Position numbers and translations under genes: made by a program. A stretch of 64,000 nt of DNA from NCBI GenBank assembly GCA_011109175.1, contig RDEW01000038.1, forward strand, positions 185,183-249,182, written 5' to 3'. The notes under the pieces were generated by a model, which was given only the letters and a program-made list of their open reading frames with translations, did not search any database and had not been told where the DNA came from. How positions within the stretch are numbered: the stretch's first letter is position 1; each line of letters starts with the position of its first letter. The stretch comes from Dicyema japonicum. Its lineage: Eukaryota; Animalia; Dicyemida. This document shows positions 52,700-64,000 of this stretch, in pieces.

Positions 52700-53520
52700 T
52701 TAGACCAGAGTTTTGAGTCATTTTTATTGATAAACAATAATCCCAGGCAGGAGCAGTATAGTTCACCGACGAACCTGCCACGACCCATAGTAAGTTGAAT
52801 TTTTGAGATTTTTCGCATACATAAGAGAAATGTTTTGAAAGTGACAATGAGGGTACCAAATATCACATCCAGTATTTTAGGATTTTTAATAACAGGATAG
52901 AGAGAGTGTCTAGAAACAAAGTTGGTTCCAATTTGAACTAACAATGATCTGTAATGAAAAGTATTATGGATGATTTTTCGTTAGAAGGATTGAGGAGATC
53001 TGCTCCAAGAAGATATTTTGATAAATTGTTTTTGCAGGACCTCTGAAAATACGGTTATGTCGCGCTGGCGTGAGACAATTATTATATCGTAGGCGTAAGA
53101 AAGATGAAAATTAAATTTCCGGAGAAATGACTGAACCTTGAGGAACGCAGTTTGGAAGATATCGATAACGAGAGTAGATTAGCGTAATAAAGGAACGTTT
53201 AAGGCGGCCAGAGAGGAATGTGAGTTCAATAAACTCGTCAGGGTTTTGCAATGTTCCTCCATAGTTTTCACTGCTTTTCTGCATCACGATTCTCCCCTTT
53301 CGGCAGAATTTAATTGACGCGTTTCAAATTCTATAGCAAGGTAGAGGAAACCGGACCCACTATTTCTATTGCAGACTGGTCAAGATGCTGTCAGAAGAAT
53401 TGATTAGAAAGGTTTGTTAGACGGACTTGCAATAATTAAATCATCAGCGAAGGTTAGGAGTATTGAATCAGCCCATCCAGGGTAATATAAGTTGTGTAAG
53501 AATAATTTGAGCAGAGTTAC
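52700..53520 (-). mobile_element. LINE RT fragments
   Basis: LTFADDLII; CVPQGSVISP; VNYTAPAW. Confidence 0.65.
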
Positions 53521-53914
53521 TGATGAACTGAAATGAAACTACGGTAACAACGAACTAACTACTCACGTGATCCCGACACACTCCAACAGACATTAACTTG
53601 GCCCAATGCTTTTCTCCCAAGCATAAACAAACACGTATTGACCATAAAACTAGATGCCCGTAGTCACACGGTTACGTTCCACGGTTCTTACGGATTAAAG
53701 ATTTATCTATTTTATTACCCCCAAAATCACGAGAAAGAGGATAAAAGTTATCGTCGAATAAAGTGATCCCGGTGTACTTAATTAGACGATTAAGGATTCC
53801 ATAGGCAAATTTCTATTTAATTATCATTTTTGATATTTATCACTTATTTAGTTAAAAGCTTAAAATTGTTGAAATAATATTTATAATAAAAATATTTTTT
53901 AAAGTAAAAGGGTA

Positions 53915-55687
53915 ATGCTGTTGAGTAGGTTTGTTGTTATTTAATTCAATTTATAGAAGAAATTATTTGTTGCATAAAATAATAAAGGAATTACGATTTT
54001 CAGTATTTAACTTTGTAAAATTCATAGTTGTATATGACCGCATCGAGGCCTCCAATAGTTACAATTATGGGTCACGTGGATCACGGAAAAACAACATTAC
54101 TGGACACCCTCCGTAACTCAAATTTAACGGAGGGTGAATTTGGGGGAATTACTCAAAGAATCGGAGCATTTTCAGTGAAAACGAAGGATGAGATCAAATT
54201 GACTTTCATTGATACCCCAGGACATGCTGCTTTCTCATCCATGAGAGCAAGAGGAGCTTCAATCACTGATCTTGTGGTACTCGTCGTAGCTGTTGACGAC
54301 GGAGTGATGCCTCAGACTCTTGAATCAATAGAATACATAAAGTCGGCTAAAGGTACTTCCTATAGTTTTCTTTTGATTTCGTCCAGTTCCTTTTATTGTT
54401 GCTCTTAACAAAATTGATATGCGTAACGGAGATGTGTCAGCCGCCAAGGAAAGCCTCTTCATCAATGACGTCGCTTTGGAGGAGTTTGGTGGGGATGTCC
54501 CATCAGTTGAGATTTCAGCCAAAAAGGTCCTGGTTTGCTTTATTTTAAGAAATTAAACATTGATGTCCTTTTAGAGACAATTCTGAAGAAGACAAAGTCA
54601 CTGAGGCAACACGAATGCTGCGCAGTGGTGATAGAGTCTTCTGTTCTGCCTGTTCATGGGTTTCCTAGATGTTTTCTATTTCAGGAAAGTGGCCTCGGTG
54701 ATTGTCACGTGTGAATTTCTAAAAGTGGGAGATTTGATTGTCTCTTCTTCAGGAGTTCAGGGAAGAATTAGGGCGATGCTTGATGAGCACGGTTGTTCAG
54801 TCAAATCAGCAACAGCGAGCACTCCAGTTCAGATATCTGGTTTTAGAAACGGTATCCCAATGACTGGAGACGCATTCACGTTTGCTGATAAGATTAAAGT
54901 CCAATAATTCGTAATTCATAGATCCCTCGAAAAGCAGTCAGACACGTGTCGGCGGAGAGAAAGGATACTGGTCCTGTGAACGAGATTCAGTTCTCTGTTA
55001 TTATAAAATGTGATTCTCTTGGATCCTTGGAAGCTTTGGAGAGTATTCTGTCGACTTATAATAGTCAGAAATGCCAGTTAAAGGTGATTTCATGTGAGGT
55101 TGGTAATGTCACTCGACACGATGTTGAGGTTTGTTCCACGTTTGGAGGTTTTTACTGAAATAACCATTTAGGCTGCATTTTTGCGTTCAATTCGTTCATT
55201 GACCCTTCGTCAAAGGATTTAATTAGCGAGTTGGGTGTCCACGTGGAGGAACATAGAGTCATTTATAAACTCGTTGATGGCCTAATTAAGAAAATTGAGG
55301 AAATTCTGCCTCCAACTCCTGTCAAGAATCATATTGGTTGTTTTTACGAATTATTGAAAAGGAGAGGCCAACGTTTCTAAAGTTTTCATGTACGGAATTG
55401 GTAAAGGACGTGTTCCAGTGGCGGGATGTCAATGTATTAACGGAATCTTTGATAAGAAGGCGAGAATCAAAGTGTCCAGAATAAACGAGGACGGAGATTT
55501 GGTTGAAGTTTTTGATGGATTAATCTCATCGTTGAAGAAACACAAAAGTGACGTGAGCAACATAGAAAGGGGAGAGGAGTTTGGACTTAGAGTAGAGCAT
55601 GACTTTGAATTTATGAGTGGGGATAAACTGGAATGCTATAGTTATGTTAATCATCCCACCAAACTTGACTGGGATAAATTCTTTTGA
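53915..55687 (+). CDS. MTIF2: Mitochondrial translation initiation factor 2 (~521 aa)
   Basis: [64 protein letters not shown]; basic presequence; eight introns (28, 25, 34, 23, 25, 23, 24, 25 nt). Confidence 0.95.
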
Positions 55688-56357
55688 CAAATGCATTGTT
55701 TGGAATAAATTTAATCATAAATAATGATTTTTAATTCACTTTTTTAAACCTTGGATGTAAAGGATTTAATTAAGTATGTCAGACATCAATAATAAGTTAG
55801 GAACTACACCCTCTATCTAAGAATATTATTCCCGATTAGCCACTTTTTTCTTCTATGGTCTTTTTTCCAGAATCCTGTTGGGTATTAACCTTTTCAATTA
55901 AATGTGGTGCACTGTGATCGAAAAGTATTTAATTTGTTGATTTAATCGGGAATCAAAGTGAGTCCTGTGACTATTTTCACTCCCTGATTTTGCACGTCTA
56001 ATTTTTTTTCTAAATTAAGACCTACTGCTTTTAACAACAGGTTTCGGAATTTATTTTCCGTCATCCCAAAATTTATTTTTTTTTAATTAGTACCTACTGG
56101 GGAATCCCATGACACCTGAGAAGACTGAAAATGTGAAAGAACAGATTGGAATCTTTCGCAAAGTAGGTAACGATATGAAATTCAAATGCACAGCTGACCG
56201 CGGCGCAAGTAACAGCACTAACAACTACGGTACTTAGTCCTCGCTATAGTTGATCAGCCTTCCAGTCACAGGAAATTATAATTTTACGAAAACGAATGTA
56301 TGTTGCTATTAATAAGTAAACATTCAAATTAAGATAAAAACTAATTAGAAACATATA

Positions 56358-56876
56358 TTAAGAAAAAATACCCAATATCTCCCATATAAAGCTGAGAGAA
56401 ACGTCTTGAAAAAAAATTAATAAAATAAAGGAAGAGGGGTCCAAGTGTGGAGTCCAAGCCTTATGGTTAGACTCAGATGTAATTCCCTCCAGAAAACTCC
56501 TTAACTCTTTTGTTAATGAATCGTTAATTCTTCTTAAAATTCTATCTCCCATATCTTCAAAACAAGTAGAATATTCCATCTCTTTATAAGTCTTCTAATA
56601 AAAAACTATACACGCGTACTTGGTGGATCAGGTATAAAGGATTTTTGGATTCTTCTATAAAAGTGAAGTAGTAACTCAGAATGCAAGCACTAAAACTTAA
56701 TGAAAAAGAAAAGTCCAGTTTTAATGAGGATGTGGCAAGTTTAGTATACCAATTAGACAGAGATTGTATATGACTGAATTAATTTAATCATTTAGCACTG
56801 ACCTCACTTGTTTGTAAGAAGGATACTGTCATGAAGCAAGTAGCACTAGATTCTTCCGCAAGTCTCTGATATCCAA
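56358..56876 (-). CDS. 3' exons of an unidentified host gene (5' part in gap)
   Basis: A 25-nt GT-AG intron (56595-56619) joins ..LYLIHQ|KTYKEMEYSTC.. in frame with ORF 56358-56579. Confidence 0.45.
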
Positions 56877-57659
56877 NNNNNNNNNNNNNNNNNNNNNNNN
56901 NNNNNNNNNNNNNNNNNNNNNNNNNNNNNNNNNNNNNNNNNNNNNNNNNNNNNNNNNNNNNNNNNNNNNNNNNNNNNNNNNNNNNNNNNNNNNNNNNNNN
57001 NNNNNNNNNNNNNNNNNNNNNNNNNNNNNNNNNNNNNNNNNNNNNNNNNNNNNNNNNNNNNNNNNNNNNNNNNNNNNNNNNNNNNNNNNNNNNNNNNNNN
57101 NNNNNNNNNNNNNNNNNNNNNNNNNNNNNNNNNNNNNNNNNNNNNNNNNNNNNNNNNNNNNNNNNNNNNNNNNNNNNNNNNNNNNNNNNNNNNNNNNNNN
57201 NNNNNNNNNNNNNNNNNNNNNNNNNNNNNNNNNNNNNNNNNNNNNNNNNNNNNNNNNNNNNNNNNNNNNNNNNNNNNNNNNNNNNNNNNNNNNNNNNNNN
57301 NNNNNNNNNNNNNNNNNNNNNNNNNNNNNNNNNNNNNNNNNNNNNNNNNNNNNNNNNNNNNNNNNNNNNNNNNNNNNNNNNNNNNNNNNNNNNNNNNNNN
57401 NNNNNNNNNNNNNNNNNNNNNNNNNNNNNNNNNNNNNNNNNNNNNNNNNNNNNNNNNNNNNNNNNNNNNNNNNNNNNNNNNNNNNNNNNNNNNNNNNNNN
57501 NNNNNNNNNNNNNNNNNNNNNNNNNNNNNNNNNNNNNNNNNNNNNNNNNNNNNNNNNNNNNNNNNNNNNNNNNNNNNNNNNNNNNNNNNNNNNNNNNNNN
57601 NNNNNNNNNNNNNNNNNNNNNNNNNNNNNNNNNNNNNNNNNNNNNNNNNNNNNNNNNNT

Positions 57660-59934
57660 CAAGCCAGTTATAATTTAGTCAAATATGAATCTTGTGAAGG
57701 TATTTTTTTATTCTTTCTGATGCCTTTGGGATACCTTGATCGCGAGATCCGATTAATAGGTCATCAGCATATGATAAGAGGAAATCGTCTTTATTATTGG
57801 GTTGTGGTAAATTGAACATGTATTAATAAGGGTGATAAAGGGGAACCTTCTGGGAAACCATTTGGTAATAATCTTGAAATTGATTTGGTCCCATTTATGT
57901 ATACCCGGGCCCTTTTTCCATTGATGAAGTTAGCAAGCCAAAGTTTTATATTGGGGTTGACGGGGAGGGCAAACAATTTCCGGGTTCGGATTTTCCTTGA
58001 GTGAGAGTCGAAGGCCTTTTGTAAATCGATCGAGCAAACGACTGTTTTGAGATGACAGGGATTTGTGTTAAAGCCTTCAATGATAAATTGGTTGAGGGAA
58101 GTTAGGTGAGTAAAAGTTAAATAACCCCTTCTGAATCCATGTTGTAATGACAAAAAAAGAAGGGACGAGGTTATAAGATAAAGAATCAATTTTTCCAATA
58201 CTTTTGATAAAGTGCATAATAAAGAGATTGGTCTAAATGATGCAAGAGGAAGGGACGAGGTTATAAGATTAAGAATCAATTTTTCCAATAATTTTGATAA
58301 GGTGCATAATAAAGAGATTGGTCTAATTGATGCAGGATTGTCCTTAGGCTTCCCAGACATAAGGATTGGGCGTATGTAAAACAGTTTCCAGATAGTTGGA
58401 ATTGTATTCATGTTTATTGAATAGTTGAAAATCACTGCGATTGCATCAATCAATAGGTCCAAGGTGTTTTAGTAAAATTCCAGGGATAGAATCAGACCCA
58501 CGTGAGAGGGAAGAATTCATCCTCTTCAAACCCTCAATGACATCTAAATGTGAGATAAAGTTAATCAGCTTTGTTCTCTTCGGTCTTATTGAGGATAAAG
58601 AAGGCCCATCCATTTTCCTGAAAGGTTTGTGGCTTATACTGGCGTAATATTTCTTGAGCTTATTAAGACTGCGTCTGTTGTCTTAAAATTTCCTTCTGGC
58701 TCATATTGTTTAATTTCTCTCCACATCGTCTGAGCAGATTTCTGAAATGGAAGGGAAGATACTAGTTTGTCCCATTTGTTGGCTTCAGCTTTTCTAATCC
58801 TTTTCGAGTTTTTGTTTGATTTTTCTGTCCGGGAAAGGAAGGTACATGTCTTTTCAGGTGATTCCTTTCTTTAATTTATGATTTAATGTTCTTATCGAGT
58901 TTTTCATTGTAGAATTTTAATAATCGAGCGGAATGAATGTTCTCCGAGCCATGAGAATAGTTTTGTTCAAAAAATCAATAGCTTCATCTATTGAGAGGAA
59001 TTTTAGTAGAGTTTGATCGATGTATTTTGAATAGTAATTCCAGTTTGCTTTTTGTAGTTGAAAAATGAAACAGTCTTTTTCCTGTGGTAAAAAACTTTTT
59101 TGATTCGAAAATGATTAGATTGTGGTCGGAAGATAATTCATAATGCACTGTCAAGATGTGCCCGGTAAAAGGTTTGGGGAACAGAAAATAATGTTTGGAG
59201 ACGTTGATGCTTCGTTTTCCTTGTAAGGAGCCTAATAATGTTTGAAGACGTTGATGCTTCGTTTTCCTTGTAAGAAGTGGTTTAATAAAAAATCTGATGG
59301 ATGTGATTTTTTACCAGGCTGGATGTTTAGCATTAAAATCTCCACATAACATCAGGTTTTCGATCTTGTTTAACTTGGTTAGGTTTAGAGAGAATATTTA
59401 TGGGCAAAAAGATGGAAGAAGACATAGATGTTTGTAATGTAATTAATACATTACCCGAATCCACTTGTAATTAATATCCCAAATATTTCAGTGGTCCCAT
59501 CGAGATGTCAGTAAATCAAATGTTATCTCTTATAATGAGCGATAAGGAGACCCCCACCACGACGATTTGAGCGGTCCAGACGGTTGTAGTGGTATCCTGG
59601 AAAATGCGGGGTAGGTGATGATGGAGTAAGTCTGCTTTCTTGAAATAAAATCAGGTCAATGTTCTGTTCTTTAATGAAAGACGAGATTTTTGCTTTTGAT
59701 TCCGTTGATGTTTATCTGCAGAATTGAGAGTGGAGGACCTGGATTAAGTTCAATGTCACCGGCGATAATTATCAGAAACCCATTCAGCCGAGGGAGGTTA
59801 AGAATGGGAAGAGGCCGTCGTCCGAAGAGTCCTTCTTCGGATGGGAGGTAGTTAATGGTCCTTTTCCGCGGTGCATTAAGTGCTCCCTGAGCGCCTCCAG
59901 AACTTTCATAACTGGTAGACCACATGACGCCACG
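57660..59934 (-). mobile_element. Ingi/Vingi-like LINE with intact 5' end: structured leader, 2A peptide, APE, RT
   Basis: IIAGDIELNPGP directly before ILQINING; RRGGGL; RPISLLCTLSK, QHGFR, DLQKAFD, YADD. Confidence 0.88.
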
Positions 59935-60574
59935 TTGTTTTTTGATTTATTAATTAAAGTCAAATATCGATTAATTTATAATAATTTAACACTTATTTAT
60001 TTTAAAAAATTGTTTTACAATATGGCGAACCTTTGAATACATTTATATATTATTTGACATGCATCTGCCATGTTCTTGTGGCTGGTCGTTTATGTTTATT
60101 TTATTGTTTTGCATTGTGTTGCATTGCCATAGATTTTCTTCCAAATTATATTATTGGATTCATCAAATAGTGTTGAAGGTTGTTATCAAAATGTCTAATA
60201 TATATTTTATATTTTGGTTACTCATAAATATGGATTGTTCTTCACTATTTGTTTTGTCTCTATTTATATTCTCTTGGAAGTATTCCGAAAGTGTCGACAT
60301 TGCTTGTCATTTTTGTTCTCTATTGTCAAGTCGTTGCAATACAACACAGAAGTAGATAAATTTACGTAGACCAATTTATTTTAACCTTATTTACCCAATT
60401 TTAATCACAAGATAAAGGCAGAATAAACTTGAAAAAAATTTAAATAAAATATTAAAAATTAACTAGTATCAATCTACTAAGTTCGACAGGTCTGTCCCTC
60501 CTCCTCTTGTAATAAACAATGGCAATATTGTAATAAATATGATTGAAGTAATACTGACGATTCCTTTTTGTTTT

Positions 60575-60900
60575 TGGGTGTATGTCCTTCATAGACGATC
60601 CGGTGTCGCAATGAAATGCTCACTGATGACAGAGTCACTCGTCAAATTAAAGCATATTGATGCATGGAACCATCAACTGAATGTACAGTATTGAGATGCG
60701 AATTAGCGACCTTAAGGCATCTTGCCTGTCAACCGTTACACTGAGCCAAGGACATATCCCAAGAAATGGAAAAAACAAAAAAATGAAGAGCATTCCTAAA
60801 TTCTCCCTCATCGATTAGCTATGATAACTGTTCTTTGCTTAAATAAAGTGTTTTTTCTGCTTAAGGAGAGCGATATCTAATGTGGCTCCTCGGTATGTGC
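60575..60900. mobile_element. Two degenerate SINE pieces (head and core on -, linker and tail on +)
   Basis: CACTGATGACAGAGTCACTCGTCAAA core; AACTGTTCTTTGCTTAAATAAAGTG matches 61660-61685. Confidence 0.65.
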
Positions 60901-60949
60901 GTATTTCATGGCAATATTGTTGTGTTTGGAGTTCTCCAACACACTCTAG

Positions 60950-63900
60950 ATCATCCAAAAATTTCGGTTCTGAACAGTCTAGGTTACTTGTTCTGTCATC
61001 CTGAGAGTCTGTTATCCATTCTCGTATAGATGTTATTTATTTCCTTCTTTAGCTTCTTAGCTCTTTCGACAAAACTCGTCTTATTCATGTATGGAACAAT
61101 CATCGACTCAAAAGTTTTACGTATAACCAATGATTGAATATACGTATAGATTCTTTCGCTTATGTTTAGAGATCTGGAGTGTTCCCACTAATGTGAGGTT
61201 ACCATCCATTCCAAGTCAGTACTATTGGGACAGTCCTCACTTTCACATAATGTATTGATTCCAGTTCTTTCGATAAAAGGTCATACTTTCTCGATTTTTC
61301 GAATTCTACTTGTTGGAAATTTTGGATTGATGTTATCCCCACTTCAACCAACAGTATTTGATTTCTCTTTTTATCGTAGATAAATAAACCAGGCTTGTTG
61401 TGTTCAATGTTTATATCGGTTTTGATGAAAGTATCAGCTCTTGTCTCTACCGAATCATTCATCACAATTGTTTGCACTGAGTAAATTTTTAATCTTTTTT
61501 CATTTTTGAAACCGTATTCTTTGCAAAAATGGAAGTTAAGGCACCGTACGACTTCATTATGTCTTCTGACGTAATCTCCGTGCAACATTTTGCCACATCT
61601 TTTTTTTAAAGCCTTTTCACGAGAGCCATAGTATTTATAGCTCCGCATAGGCAGGACACACACTTTATTTAAGTAAAGAACAGTTAATTTTAACTAATCG
61701 TAGATCCAAGGAATGATCTTCACTTCTTTTTTTCTTTTTCTTGTGTGAGTGTCCTTTCTAGACAATCCAGTTCCGCAGTGAGTATCCACTGATGACGGAG
61801 TCACTCGTCAAACCCTTTCTGCATCGTAGATGCGTGGAACCTTCCACCAGGTGAACAGCAGCGAGATTCGAACCCGAAGCCTAAGCCACTTAAGCCCCTT
61901 GTAGCACAATAATCGACGGTTTTCTTCCATTTTTTACGCAAGTTCTCCAAAGAAGAGATTTCTGTCCTGAACTAAACAGAACAAAGCTTCCGATTTTGGA
62001 GAATTGTTCCCTTTTAGGTTTTTGTACACTTGCTAATGAAGACTTTTTATACTTTTTTATTTCTTTAAGTTTTTTGTAGGTCAATCGAAAATTTACTATC
62101 CAGGATAAATGTATTGTTTTCCAAAGAAGAGATTTCTGTCCTGAACTAAACAGAACGAAGCTTCCGATTTTGGAGAATTGTTCCCTTTTAGGTTTTTGTA
62201 CACTTGCTAATGAAGACTTTTTATACTTTTTTATTTCTTTAAGTTTTTTGTAGGTCAATCGAAAATTTACTATCCAGGATAAATGTATTGTCAACAGAAT
62301 ACTTTTCCCACAAAAATTCTTCAATGGTAGCCATATGTGTTTTACTTAAGGTTTCGGCCAAAAGAATAGCGGAACTTCTTCTGCAACAAGTACTACAGAG
62401 TACTTCTCCCGCAAAAATTCTTCAATGGTAGCCATATGTGTTTTACTTAAGGTTTCGGCCTAAAGAATAGCGGAACTTCTTCTGCAGCAAATACTTCTAC
62501 CTTTCAAGTTGTTCAGAAAACCAAATAACATTCTTTCACTGAGGAAAGAGATCGAGCACAATTCTCACCCTAGCATGTTTCGAGCTAGATACAGTCTCTC
62601 TTTGCAAGCTGGTTTAAGGTGTATATGATATTTATTCAGCAAACTACAAATAGAAGTATCAATCATCTCAAATTCAATCGGTTCCAAATCAATTAAGCCG
62701 ATATAGTCATTGTATAAAAATAATGCATGTTCGTTAATTGCTTTAAAAAGATTGACCGAGTTCAATTTAGTGCTCACTAATTTTTCTATTTTTTGGCCTA
62801 CTTCAGAAAATATTTGTTCTAAGCACGTCTGCCTTCTTAATTTGCCCAGATGGGCCTTTCCAATACACCCAAATACTTATATCCGTCAATTCCTTCAATT
62901 AATTTAGCTTCATTTGATAACAACAAAGAATTAGTAGCCGATTTATCCAAGTTCTGTTCTAAGCACGTCTGCCTTCTTAATTTGCCCAGATGGGCCTTTC
63001 CAATACACCCAAATACTTATATCCGTCAATTCCTTCAATTAATTTAGCTTCATTTGATAACAACAAAGAATTAGTAGCCGATTTATCCAAGTTCTTCTCG
63101 AGACCAACAGATTTGAAATATAAATTGACTTATTCCATCATCTTGACAATAACTGTTTCATCGTTCGAAATAAGTTTTAGGTCGTCTATGAATAAAAGAT
63201 TAGTTGAAAACGATGAAATTGACTGACCATTACTGGTAATCGAAACTTTAGGATATCTGTTATTAAGGAATCGGCTAAGTGGATTCAACACTATAGCATA
63301 GGAGACAAACTATCTCCCTGTAAAATTTTTCTTTGTAGTTTGATAGTGCATATATTTTCTTTATTCAAAAAAATTGTGTTTCCAGATTTGAATAAGTATT
63401 TTAATTACGTTAACAATCCACAATGGAATGCTAGAGTTTTCAAGGATATCAAAGAGAAAATCATTGTTTACTGAGTCGAAAGCCTTTTTAACGTCAATCC
63501 ATGCTGCATAAAGTCCCAATCTGTTGATTCTGTTAAGTGACTTTTCCACTTTTCACTGTTAAGTTCCCTAGCACCTTGGCATCTTCTTCTAGTGCCCATT
63601 TAGTTTTCAGTAAATAGATCAAATGCTTCCGCATAGTCAGTTAGTTCATATTAGTGCATTTCGTCATGAGTATATATAAAGATGGCATGGATATAATCGG
63701 GTGGAAATCTTTGGAGACTCAGGGGCAGTGCATTTTGTGATCAAGTAAGTGAGTCCAGTGAAAAACCACTCTTCAGGCACACATTTTTCTTCCACAACTC
63801 TACTCATCACATTAAATATTGAGTCGCGCAAAGACGTGAACTTTTTAACAAAAAAATTGAAAACTCCATCGCAGCCTGGGGCTTTCCAGTTAGGCAGATA

Positions 63901-64000
63901 TTTAATTGTTTAATTAAATTCATTTTCATTAAAACCAACAGGTACATTCGCAACGCCTGTTATTCTTTTTTCGATATTGACCCTTTCTAAACATATCTCT
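60950..64000 (-). mobile_element. R4-clade retrotransposon (RT + restriction-like endonuclease), degraded, continues past window end
   Basis: PNWKAPGCDG, WIDVKKAFDSV, LFIDD, RHNEVV, KPGLFIYD..LVEVGIT, EKSRKYD. Confidence 0.88.
61610..61897 (-). mobile_element. tRNA-derived SINE, near-complete, inserted in the R4 element
   Basis: B box GGTTCGAATC, core, A-rich linker and a tail matching the RTE end at 5664-5702. Confidence 0.85.

Noticed and set aside
1-64000. Prokaryotic or microsporidian origin; CRISPR arrays or operons
   Set aside because: Dense spliceosomal introns, an animal-type RhoGAP, and MTIF2 plus COA5 (which imply mtDNA and complex IV, absent in microsporidia). No repeat-spacer array seen.

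Overview
AT-rich animal nuclear scaffold with four long N gaps and several single-N joins. Host genes are broken by tiny GT-AG introns: 24 of 28 hand-resolved introns are 22-28 nt. With an ARHGAP32/33-type gene and a mitochondrial IF2, this best fits a dicyemid (inference). Recognisable genes are ARHGAP32/33-like, PABPC, COA5, PHAX, calcineurin A, TFG-like and MTIF2. Intergenic DNA is mostly decayed mobile elements: RTE, Ingi/Vingi-like, CRE and R4 non-LTR retrotransposons, Tigger/pogo transposons and a tRNA-derived SINE. Main leads: (1) several degraded fragments, some mutually similar, resembling the L polymerase of an ophiovirus-like negative-strand RNA virus; (2) an Ingi-like LINE with a 5' double pseudoknot of HDV-ribozyme helix order that overlaps its ORF start, followed by a 2A/StopGo peptide; (3) a precise 25-nt host-type intron in one Tigger transposase but not its paralog; (4) a SINE whose tail matches a resident RTE 3' end; (5) signs of length-based 3' splice-site choice. 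All calls come from manual translation and recalled motifs; no searches were run, and TE boundaries are approximate.
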